64,000 nucleotides of DNA from Squalus acanthias (taxonomy: Eukaryota), in NCBI GenBank assembly GCA_030390025.1, contig CM059432.1, positions 122,452,001-122,516,000 of the forward strand, in the 5' to 3' direction. The position numbers were made by a program, and so were the translations under genes. Under the pieces are notes generated by a model, which saw nothing but the letters and a program-made list of their open reading frames with translations, searched no databases and had not been told where the DNA came from. Shown here in pieces: positions 49,157 through 60,696 of the stretch (position 1 is its first letter; the number at the start of each line of letters is the position of its first letter).

Positions 49157-51108
49157 GGGCTGGATTTTATGAACATCGGCGGGTCCGTGGTGGGCAACGT
49201 CGGTGGCGGGTCCCGACCCCACTGCTCGCTCCATCCCGGCCTCTGAAATGAATTGCCCTTGATTGGGCTTGTTAAGCCTGTCCAGCGCGTTTCCCGGTCC
49301 AATTAGAGGAAGCAGGTCTGATGACATCATTTGATGACACGTCATCAGCCAGTTTCCTTAAAGGGACCATGGCCAACTTTATTCTGACAGTTGTGCTGTC
49401 AGTGTCCTACAGTATTGAGGTGCTGCAAACACTGACAATCACTGCACAGAGGTGCACAGCTGCACCCAGGCTCTCCCGTGACTCCCTCCATATGCTTATG
49501 GAGGGAGTCACAGCACACAGGGAGGTCCTCTTCCCTTCCAAAGGGCCATGATGCGGAGATGCCGGTGTTGGACTGGGGTGGACAAAAGTGAGAAGTCGCA
49601 CAACACCAGGTTATAGTCCAACAGCTTTATTTGAAATCACAAGCTTTCGGAGCGCTGCTCCTTCGTCAGGTGAAGTCTTCACCTGACGAAGGAGCAGCGC
49701 TCCGAAAGCTTGTGATTTCAAATAAAGCTGTTGGACTATAACCTGGTGTTGTGCGACTTCTCACTTCCAAAGGGCGAAAGAGACCGCCCCAGGAGATCAA
49801 CACAGCCTGGTTGCACATTGCAGAGGAGGTCACAAGCAGGGCTGTCATCAGGAGAACCAGGCTGCAGTGGCACAAACCTTTCAATGATCTCAGTAGATCA
49901 CGAAACGTTAGTACAAAGCCAGACTCAACCTCATCCTGCTGTGCCTCTCATCACATCCCCATCATTCTGCCTTCCCTACCCTACTCCTGCACATCCTTAC
50001 TCACACCGACTTACCTTGCACCTCCACCCAGCCCTCTCTATCTACATTATCACATCTCCATCTCACTAGCCACCCCTCACACTCACCCTCATCCTAGTCC
50101 AATCATACCAACTAACAACACACAAGGGTAGGCACTTGGGTGTTTTAGCCAATGTTCATGTGAAGTTTCTGTTAATGTGCTGTCAATCATTGAAATCTTT
50201 ATTTTTAACACTTTGCGTTCTTGGACAGATTTGTGTGCACCTTTGGAAGTGGCTTAGTGAGTTGCAGTGAATGGTGAGACATAACGGTACCTCCCACAAT
50301 GCTGATGAGTTTGAAAGGAATGACTTGGGCATTATAGGGCTGCTTTATGGTGTTGGTGTGGGGTGGTGCCAACCTGCCGCATCATGTGGCAGCCAGGGTG
50401 TACAGTGTCAAGTGAAGTAAGTCTGGCCATGGTGAGGCCATCCCTGGCATCCCGGGCAGCAATGTAGTCAGGTGCTGATGCCCTGTGTCCTGTGCAGCAT
50501 CAGTTGATTGCGGAGAAGGTTGGTGTTATTGTTGGTGCTGCTGGTGTTGGGGCTGATCGTGGTGGGATTCTGAGGACCAAGGTGAGAGAGTATAAAGTGC
50601 ACCGATGCTGATGGAATAGATGGCAGGTGAAGTAGAGATGACAGAAGCGATCTGTCATTGGTGGGAGAGGTATTGAGGTCAGACTGGATGGAGACTTGTG
50701 TAAAGACTTGCAGCATCCTGAATCTGTCATGGAAATGCAGTTTAAAGACGCTAGTGGTTAAGGGAACATTTCTCAATCAGCTGGGAGCTTTGACTTGACA
50801 TTTGAAGCTGTCAACTCATCAGCTGATTCAATGGCCTCTAGGCACAGCGGGGAACTGGTGGGCAACCTGTCAAATTCAAAAAGCTGGGAAAAAAACATTG
50901 TTAAATGGCTGTAAACAAGCCACTACTGATTTTAATTGCCTCCCCTGCCGCTGCCTGTTGGGTCTGCTCAGCGCCGGGAGACCCAACATTTGGGAAAGGC
51001 GCATGGCAGCGAGTTCACAGCAGGGTCCCGACCCACTGGGGAAAAAAACACTTTCCCACCCGACCCTCCACCGATCATGCCCGCTGACCCCCCTGCAAAA
51101 TCCAGCCC
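49157..51108. mobile_element. Harbinger family-I non-autonomous derivative D (both genes internally deleted)
   Basis: Perfect TIR gggctggatttt / aaaatccagccc; TSD TAA; Myb exon-1 remnant (+); fused N- and C-terminal transposase remnants (-) at ~50415-50610. Confidence 0.9.
49547..49766. mobile_element. Palindromic Penelope pLTR/HHR mini-insertion
   Basis: Perfect 90-bp arms 49586-49675 / 49677-49766; TSD cttccaaagggc at 49535-49546 / 49764-49775. Confidence 0.9.
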
Positions 51109-51721
51109 TAAGTTATAGGTGTAGGGCTGGAGGATAGATGCTTAAATATGATCCACATGATCATTCAGAAGAATAAAATTGTAACTCATTTTCATGAATA
51201 TCGTGCAGGAACATTTTTTTAGCCCATGAACTGAATTAAAAGCAGGATTTTAGTATCAATCTGTTAGACCAGTAGGGCAGAGTTGTAACATGATTAAGTC
51301 AAGACAATTACATCCCGTTTTCATTTTTTCCATTCTAGTCAGCTTTTTAAGTGAGTTTAGACAAAGAATTACAGCAGATATCAGCTGCTGCCCTATGGGA
51401 CTCCATTCCAATGGAAATTTCACAAACAGATGTCATGTAACATGTGTTGGTTCATTACCAGTGGCTTTTCTTCTTGCAGTGGGAGCCTCCAGGGTGACTG
51501 TGCATACACCATCACAGGCAACCGCACACAATGTCACTACTACAGCATTCAAAAATGTACCATATAAATAACACAGACCACCCAGCCTCCACTACAGCAA
51601 GCATGCTCTAACTTGGTATTCTACAGTTTCCTAATAAGGCCAGGTTTTTGCAGCATCTGTGGTATGAATATGATTCATTATGAAGAATGGTGGTTTCCAT
51701 ATGTACATCAGATTCCATATG

Positions 51722-53400
51722 TAGACTGACGACACCCAGCTCTACCTCACCACCGCCTCTCTCGACCGCTCCACTGCCTTTGATTTGTCATGCTGCTTGT
51801 CTGACATCCAGTACTGGATGAGCAGAAAGTTCCTCCAATTAAACATTGGGAAGACTGAAGCCTTCGGTCCTTGTCACCAACTCCATTCCCTAGCCACCGA
51901 ATCCATCCCCCACCCTGGCCATTGTCTGAGGCTGAACCAGACTGGTTTTTTTTCATTCATTCCTGGGATGTGAGTGTTGCTGGCAAGGCCAGCATTTATT
52001 GCCCATCCCTAATTGCCCTTGGGAATGTGGTGATGAGCTGCCTTCTTGAACCGCTGCAGTCCATGTGAAGAAGGTAATCCCACAGTGCTGTTAGGCAGGG
52101 AGTTCCAGGATTTTGACCCAGCGATTATAAAGGAACGGCGGGTGTGTGACTTGGAGGGGAAATTGCAGGTGGTGGTGTTCCCATGCGTCTGCTACCCTTG
52201 TCCTTCTAGATGGTAGAGATCATGGGTTTGGGAGGTGCTGCTGAAGAAGCCTTGGCGAGTTGCTGCAGTGCATCTTGTAGATGGTACACACTGCAGCCAC
52301 GGTGCGCTGGTGGTGGAGGGAGTGAATGTTTAAGGTGGTGGATGGGGTGCCAATCAAGCGGGCTGCTTTGTCCTAGATGGTGTTGAGTTTCTTGAGTGTT
52401 GTTGGAGCCGCACTCATCCAGGCAAGTGGAAAGTATTCCATCACACTCCTGACTTGTGCCTTGTAGATGTTGGAAAGGCTTTGGGGAGTCAGGAGGTGAG
52501 ACACTTGCTGCAGGATACCCAGCCTCTGTCCTGCTCTTGTAGCCACAGTATTTATGTGGCTGGTCCAGTTAAGTTTCTGGTCAATAGTGACCCCCCAAGC
52601 TGTTGATGGTGGGGGATTAAGCGATGGTAATGCTGTTGAATGTCAAGGGACGGTGGTTAGACTTTCTCTTTTGGAGGTAGTCATTATCTGGTACTTGTGT
52701 GGCGCGAATGTTACTTGCCACTTATCAGTCCAAGCCTGACTGTCATCCTGGTCTTGCTGCATGCGGGCATGAACTGCTTCATTATCTGAGGAGTTGCGAA
52801 TGGAACTGAACCTTGCAACCTCATAACCCACATCCATGCCTTTGTTACCTCTAGACTTAACTATTCCAATGCTCTTCTGGCTGGCCTCCCACCTACCACC
52901 CTGCATAAACTGAGCTCATCCAAAACTCTGCTGCCCGTGTCCTAACTCATACCAAGTCCCATCCACCCATCACCCCTGTGTTCACTGACCTGCTGGCTCC
53001 TGGTCCAGCAACGCCTTGATTTTAAAATTCTCATCCTTGTGTCCAAATCCCTCCATGGCCTTGCGCCTCCCTATCTCTGTAACCTCCTCCAGTTGTACAA
53101 CCCTCCAAGAACTCTGCGCTCCTCCAATTCTGGCCACTTGTGCATCCCTGAATTTAATCGCTCTACCATTGGCAGCCGTGCCTTCAGCTGCCTGGGCCCT
53201 AAGCTCTGGAATTCCCTGCCTAAACCTCTCCGCCTCTCTACCTCTCTTTTCTCCTTTAAGTCACTCTTTAAAATCTACCTCTTTGACAAAATCTCTTTAT
53301 GTGGCTCGGTGTCAAATTTTGTCTGATAGCACTCCTGTGAGGGGCCTTGGGATGGTTTACTACATTAAGGATGCTATATAAATGCAAGTTGGCGTTGTTT
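51722..53400 (+). mobile_element. L2-type LINE fragment split by a minus-strand LINE 3' end (~51945-52817, same family as 41002-44302)
   Basis: DDTQLY, WMSRKFLQLNIGKTE, then LDYSNALL and GPKLWNSLP; the insert is homologous to 41010-41890. Confidence 0.8.
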
Positions 53401-54644
53401 TCTAAGTTATGCACATTACTTGTTAATCCCTGTGTTCCTTGCTATCCCATCATGCATTCTATGGGGCTGATTTTCCATGCCTTAGCCCCGCCCCATCTGG
53501 AGAACAGCAACTCAAAGGCCCAGGGCCTGAAGATCTGGTGGGTGAGTTTCTAAAAAAGCTTTTACTTTAAGTCTGGGTTTCCCTTCAGCTTGCAGCCAGG
53601 CCTCCTCAGCACAGGCACACCATCAGCTTCTTGGGGTGCCACTGTGTCCCCACGATTGTTTGCCAGGAAATTGAAGCAGGAGGTTGGGAATTACACCTCT
53701 CATCTCATTTCCATGGCTACGCTGTACCAGGGCCTTTTGCAAGCTCAAGCCGTCCCCTTACCTGTCCCTCGGAGGAATTCTGAGGCAATGGAATGAGGAC
53801 CCAGAAACTTGGTAAAATGGATCTACAACCCTTTGTCATGACCTTTCCGTCTCAGAAACAAGGGTTTCCCCAGTGGTAAAAGTCAGGATAATTGATCCCT
53901 ACAGTTCCTAAGAGCTGAGGCTTTTCCTCCTATGTCACCAATTTTTCCCTTCTCTCGAAGCTGCTGGCTCCTGCTCAGGATCAATCTATCAGTTCTGGCT
54001 GCCCTTTAATAGTTCTGCAGTCCCAGATATTAAAGAATCAGCAGCCTATTCAATTGTGGGGACTATCACCTGGCGCGGACAAGATGGGCCTCCTTCTGTG
54101 CTGTAAATTTCTATGATTCTATGATCACAGCCAAGACCACTGATCAGACATACCAACTTTCCAGCAAGGAATACTGGATAGTAAACAAGAGTGGAAACGC
54201 TTAATGGTATTTTTCCTTCCCTAACTTAAAGACATGGGGGCCAAATGTAGCCTCCATCCCCTACCATTACCATCTGGCTGAGGTCAGGTAATTCAGCACA
54301 GACCAGGGAAATAGAACATAGAAACGGGAGTAGACCATTCAGCTCCTCCAGCCTGTTCCACAATTTGTGGTTGATCTGTATCCTAACTGCATCCACCCGC
54401 CTTGGCTCCATATCCCTGGGCTTTCCTGTTCTGTATAGCTCAGTTGTATTTTACTTTTTCAATAATGTGCTCCTTACTTCACTTCATCTCATTTTACTTT
54501 ATGTGCCTCAGTTTCAGATATATTTTCCCATCTGAGAGCTTGGGCCGGTGACCTGCTTTCAGGTTCCCTATGACTTTCAGGCACAGTGCTCGCTGGTACC
54601 TGAGACTGCCCTGGGATACGCTGCTTACTATTTCCTCACCCTTA

Positions 54645-55025
54645 TAAGAATTACGCAGAAGTTACAGCGCAGAAGCAGGCCTTTCGACAAAACTGGTCTA
54701 TAACTGATGTTTATGCTCCACACGAGCCTCCTCCCACTTTACTTCATCTAACCCTCTACATATCCTTCTATTCCTTTCATGTACTTAACTATGTTTCCCT
54801 TAAAGGAATCTATGCTATTTGCCTCAAGTACTCCATCTTTCACATTCTCACCACTCTCTGGGTAAAGAAGTTTCTCCTGAATTCCCTATTGGATTTATTA
54901 GTGACTATCTTATATTCATGGCCCTGAGTTTTGGACTTCCCCACAAGTGGAAACATCTTCTCTACGTCTACCCTATCGAACCCTTTCAAAATTATCAGGT
55001 CATCCCTCAGCCTCCTCTTTGCTAG
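54645..55025 (-). mobile_element. Degraded CR1 3' fragment
   Basis: Homology to CR1 ORF2 C-terminus and 3' UTR (accactctctgggtaaagaagtttctcctgaattcc). Confidence 0.6.
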
Positions 55026-55596
55026 AGATTACCTGCCCTGAGATTGGGGTTTCATTGTGTGCCAAACTGCATATTATGAGCCTGTTTCCTACCATTTCTT
55101 GACACAGCCTGTTGAGGCACATTGCAAGAGCGTAAGGGGGAGAAATTTGGCATGTTAGCGCCTCCCATTAGCGCCTGGGGGGGAGCGCTAATGGGGCGCT
55201 AATGGGTTTGCGGCGGGGCGCAGTGAATCCAACGCTGCACGCAAAATTCACCCGGGATTTAGCGCTGGCGCTAACAGTTAGCTCCTCAATGAGTTTGGAA
55301 CATCCCGTTAACGGCCCAGATGCAAAATTGACTGCCGCCGCCTGCCTTAGTGCCTGGCCTGAACAAGGGCAGGAAAAGGAGGCGTGATGCATTCGGATGT
55401 CCGCTGTAGGAGCGGTATTTAAAGGGATCAACATCCACTTTCATTTTAGTAGCCAATCAATGCTGCCTTCTCAGGTTCACATTGCGAAACAGCCGTTTTC
55501 AGTGAGTTAAGCGTTTCTTACTTTCAGGAGTTTTCTGCCTGCTAAAAATTTGTCACTTTCATTCTGCCAAGCTAAGTCCTACACTTTGTTACATCA

Positions 55597-56737
55597 ATGG
55601 GGGCTGTATTGGCACTCGACCTCGCCCTCCAGCATCAACGTCGGAGGCAGCGTAGACAGAGACAAAGATTGGAATATGTGGCCAGAGGGAGGAGGGCCAA
55701 CAGGGCTCTCAACAGGAGGCTTTATCCTCCCAAGGTATTCCAGCAGCACTTCTCCTACATCAAGTTAACTGAGGAGCAGTGTCTTAGAAGGCTTCGCTTC
55801 AACAAGGAGATTGTTACAGAGCTCTGCCACCTCCTGCAGCCAGACCTCGAGCCTCAGATCAGGGCGACCACGGCTCTCTCAGTGGCAGTCAAGGCCACCG
55901 TTGCCCTCAATTTCTACGCCAGCGGATCCTTCCAGTCTGTAGCAGGAGACATAGCTAACATCTCGCAGTTCACCGTCCATTGCTGCATCCAGGAGGACAC
56001 AGAGGCTCTCCACAGAAGGAGAAGGGACTACATTTCCTTCCCCATCACCAGAGAGAAGCAGGACAAGAGTGCATGTGGCTTTGCCAGGATAGCGGGATTC
56101 CCCATGGTGCAGGGCGCCATTGACTGCACAAATGTCGCTCTGCGGGCACCCCATAACAATCCTGAGGTCTTCTGTAACCACAAAGACTACCACTCACTTA
56201 ATGTGCAGTTGGTGTGCGACCACAGACAGCGAATCCTCACCGTCAATGCCCGCTATCCTGGCAGCAGCCACGTTGCCTTCATCCTGCGCCAGACTAGTGT
56301 GCCAGCACTCATCCAGCCACCACATCAAGCTCGCAGCTGGCTGCTTGGAGACAAGGGGTATCCGATTTCCACCTGGCTCATGACTCCCATCCGCAGCCCC
56401 AACCCTCCTGCCCAGCACTCATATAATGAGAGCTGCCACCAGGAACATCATCGAACAGACCATCGGAGTGCTCAAGCAATGGTTCCGCTGCCTTGACTGC
56501 TCGGGAGGAGCCCTCCAGTACTTGGCTGAGCGGGTGTCCCTTTTCATCACGGTGTGCTGCATGCTGCACAATCTGGCCATCATGAGGCCCAGCCATTGCC
56601 ATCAGGCATAGCAGGACCACCTCAGGAGGAGGAGGAGGAACAGGAAGAGGAACAGCAGCGATGGAGGAGGCAACCACTCATACGGACATTCTGGAAGGGC
56701 GGTCCGTGACCGCCTCATCAGACTGCGGTTCCAGTAA
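55597..56737 (+). pseudogene. Harbinger transposase of element E (frameshift ~56430)
   Basis: [22 protein letters not shown], then IIEQTIGVLKQWFRCL and CCMLHN in another frame. Confidence 0.9.
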
Positions 56738-56875
56738 ATTCTAGCCCACATCCCGGTTGCTCACCACATCCCCAACATTCCATCCATCGCATGCCACATC
56801 ACAGAGCAAAGCTGAAATGAGAGACAGCACAAATTCTGCAAAATTCAATGAATAAATTTATCAACATTTAGTAAA

Positions 56876-58965
56876 CACTTCTTCCTTGAACAGAGGCCCA
56901 ACCAGTCCCCATCCACCACCACCCTCCTCCGCCTGGCTGAACTTGTTCTCACATTGAACAACTTCTCCTTTGACTCCACTCACATCCTCCAAATTAAAGG
57001 TGTTGATATGGGAACCTGCATGGGTCCCAGCTATGCCTGCCTTTTCGTGGGATATGTGGAACATTCTTTGTTCCAGTCCTGCTCAGGTCCCCTCCCTCAC
57101 CTCTTTTTCCAGTACATTGATGACTGTATCGGTGCCATTTCCTGCTCTCGCCCTGAACAAGAAAATGTCATTCACTTTGCTTCCAATTTCCATCCTTTCC
57201 TCACCTTCCCATGGTCCACTCTTCCCTTCCCTTCCCTTCCTCGACTTCTCTGTCTCCATCTCTGGGGATAGGCTATTGACAAACATTCACTACAAGCCCA
57301 CTGACTCCCACAGCTACCTGGACTACACTTCCTCCCACCCTACTTCCTGTAAGGACTCCATTCCATTCACCCAGTTTCTCCATCTCCGCCGCATCTGCTC
57401 TGACGATGCCACCTTCCACACCAGTGCTTCCGACCTGTCTCCCTTTTTCCTCAACCGAGGATTCCCCTCTACTGTGGTTGATACGGCCCTTGACCGTGTC
57501 CGTTCTATTTCCCGCACTTCTGCTCTCACCCCTTCCCCTCCCTCCCAGAACCACAATAGGGTTCCCCTTGTCCTCACCTTTCAACCCACCAGCCTCCACA
57601 TTCAACGGATCATTCTCCGCCATTTCTGCCACCTCCAGCGTAATCTCACCACCAAACACATCTTCCCCTCACCTCCCCTTTCAGCATTCCGAAGGGACCG
57701 CTCCCTCCACGACACCCTGGTCCACTCCTCTATCACCCCCAACACCCCTTTCCCTTCTCCCAGCATCTTCACGTGCAAGTGCAGGAGATGCAACACATGC
57801 CCTTTTACCTCATCCCTTCCCACTGTCCAGGGCCCCAAACACTCCTTCCAGGTGAAACAGCGATTTACTTGTACTTCTTGTAATTTAGTATACTGTATTC
57901 GCTGCTCACGATGTGGTCTCCACTACATTGGGGAGACCAAGCGCAGATTGGGTGACCACTTTGCGGAACACCTCCGTTCAGTCCGTAAGGGTGACCCCGA
58001 GCTTCTGGTCGCCTGTCACTTTAATTCTCCCCTCTACTTCTACTCTGACCTCACCGTCCTCGGCTTCTTACACTGTTCCAAGGAAGCTCAATGTAAGCTC
58101 GAGGAACAGCATCTCTTCTTTTGATTAGGCACTTTACAGCCTTCTGGACTAAACATCGAGTTCAACAATTTCAGACCGTAACCTCTGCCCCTATCTTTTT
58201 CTCATTTTTTTTCATATCACATGGCAACTGTCGATCATTCTGCCATTGCCATTTACACTTAATCTAGACTCATCTTTTGTTTCTTAACTTGTCCATTACC
58301 ATCTCCTTTTGCTTTGCACCATCATCCCTTTTGTCTCTTAATCTCTCCTGTCTTCCACCCTATCATAGACCTTCCCTTTTGTTCTTTCCTCCCCTCCCCC
58401 CTTTCCCTGCTCCTACACTTGCTTAAAAACCTGTTCCATCTCCAACTTTTTCCAGTTCTGACGAAGGGTCATTGACCTGAAACGTTGGCCCATATTTTCT
58501 GAGCTGTGTACACACCCATAGGGACATCGGAAATGCCGGTTCGGACGCCTGCCCTGGAGAAGGGCCTCTGCGGGGGGAGTGTTCCGCTTTCTGCAGAACC
58601 TCTACCCGCAGAAATCACTTGAGATCTGTCAAAAGTATGAAGGGGGATTCCCTTTTCTCATTGGCTCACCTGGCCCACGTGATCCCAGGGACACTTGCGA
58701 ACCGCATGCGCCCCTGGGATACGTGGGCCCTGTGCATTTCGTTGTGGAGAGGCCCAGGATTGGAAATGGCCGGACGTCGGGAGCCCTCAGGTAAGGGCGT
58801 AGATCTTTTCCCGATAGGAGGCATCCGCACGCAGGAAGCCTCCTTTCGGAAATTACGGGCCATTAACTCTGTTTCTTTCTCCACAGATGCTGCCTGACCT
58901 GCTGAGTATTTCCAGCATTTTCTGTTTTTATTTCAGATTTCCAGCATCTGCAGTATTTTGCTTTT
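56876..58965 (+). mobile_element. Penelope family-2 element (RT + GIY-YIG, frameshifted) with an HHR at 58454-58486 split by a MITE
   Basis: KGVDMGTCMGPSYA, YIDD, PFLD, YKPTD, CRRCNTC, LVYCIRCSRCGLHYIGETKR. Confidence 0.92.
58487..58861. mobile_element. Harbinger-type MITE (short relative of 15967-16624 lacking the AT-rich core)
   Basis: TIRs ggcccatattttc / gaaattacgggcc; TSD gtt/att; both ends homologous to 15967-16624. Confidence 0.85.
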
Positions 58966-59049
58966 GCATACAACAACAATATTAACTAACCACCCTTGTG
59001 CAAACCATTACTTCACCTCTTTACAGTACCTTTTCCTAATCTACTGCTC

Positions 59050-60692
59050 TGTAAGGTTGCCAAAATTTGCAGATCCCCAAAACCTAAGGAAAAATTACTT
59101 TGGAACTACCTCAGAGTGATAAAAATGCATTTGGGCCTAACCTAAGGAATTTAAGACCAAAACCCAAGTTTTGGCATTTTAAAACTATGTCTGGGCCTGT
59201 AAAGGGACAAGGAGGTGGGCTCGACCTCTGTAAAAGCAGTTTTGGTTATTGCAGTTAATTGCACTGTCTGGGGAACCGGGATGACCCCACTCAAGCCCCA
59301 GCAGACATTAACATTTGAACAATAGACCCTGGGAGAAGACAGTCCCACCCAAAATACAGGCCCCATCAAAACCGATTACAGGGCCCATCAGAAAACATGC
59401 ATAATACAAATCACTCAGGACCATTCTTTAGAAAAGACCGAGTCCAGCCTAGAAACCCAAAACACGAAACCAATCACCAGTGATCAGCCAAGGAGATCGA
59501 CAGGATGCAAACCATCCCAAAACCCATTTGACACTCAGAGCAGTTACTGGTAACAGGCCCACCAAAAATCAGACAATGAACTGAGTAGATTTGGCGGGTG
59601 ATTAGGCCATGTTCAATGGGTGAGATTGAAGGCCTGTTAAAAAACCAGTTAACGCGCTAGTAAGTCATTACCGATTTACGAGCCCGCCAAAAACCAGACA
59701 ATGAACTGAGTAGATTTGGCGGGTAGATAAGGCCACTTCAACTTAGTATAATTGAAGGCCCATTAAGCAGTTCAAGGTCAGTCAGTCGCAACCAGTGGTT
59801 ATCAGAAGAAGAAGAAACCAGGAAGAAGACAAACCGAGCTGGAAGCGAGTCGGCATCGCTCACCACTCAGACACACCTGTAATCCAGCCCATGAAGATAC
59901 CACCTCGACGGACCTCCAACAACGGTCCCAACACAGTCACCCAGAGCAACAGCAGCAAGAAGACATCGACGGCTCCACACGGTCAACCGACACACTAGGC
60001 AAGGCCTAAAGCCATTGCAGAAACCAAAGGCCTCACGAAACCAACGACCGCACATTACTCCCAACTGACCGGGTAATAGCAGGCCACCGCGGCCAACAAA
60101 GACCAACTCAAGGAAAGAAAACCCGAAGAACTGCAAAGTTTTCACACTACAAACTACTCCTGACTTACCCCTGGGTAAGATTTCTACCAAAAGACTCTAA
60201 ACCCTACTCCTAACCAAAGGAAATTGGGTACTCACCTGATAGATCCAAAACGCACCCTACCGCATCAGCGGACTCGCGAAGACTGACCAGAGACGCAGGT
60301 GAAGTCCTCTACCGCGTACGGGGTACGGCAGACACTAACCGCCATAAACAGCGAACCCCAAAACCGTGTCAAAGGATTGGTGAGCATTATCCCTGGTCCT
60401 TCAAAACCTAACTTAGCTAGTAAAGTGGGGTTGGGAGGGGTGAAGTATTGTTCTACTGTCATTTCCCTCGCTTGTACTGAAGTGTTCCCCACCTTTAGGG
60501 TGTTAAGAGTGTTGTCATTTGTGTTTTACCTCTTGAATAAAGATTGAAGTTCTTTTCATCAAACTCAGTTGTCTGCTGCACCTTTTTATCACAACCCCCA
60601 AATAAGTCCAAGGTCAAGAACCAAGGGAGTAGGAGCGATTCGAACCGTTCAGAAGTCAGAGGTGAAGCTGACACAAACCACCACCCCCTACA
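59050..60692 (+). mobile_element. Solo LTR 3 (related to LTR 1)
   Basis: TGTAAGG..CCTACA; perfect 4-bp TSD GCTC; AATAAA at 60536; interrupts the last exon of the Myb gene. Confidence 0.9.
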
Positions 60693-60696
60693 GCTC

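Noticed and set aside
53461..53890. Additional MITE
   Set aside because: TIR-like left end only (ggggctgattttcc); no convincing right TIR or TSD
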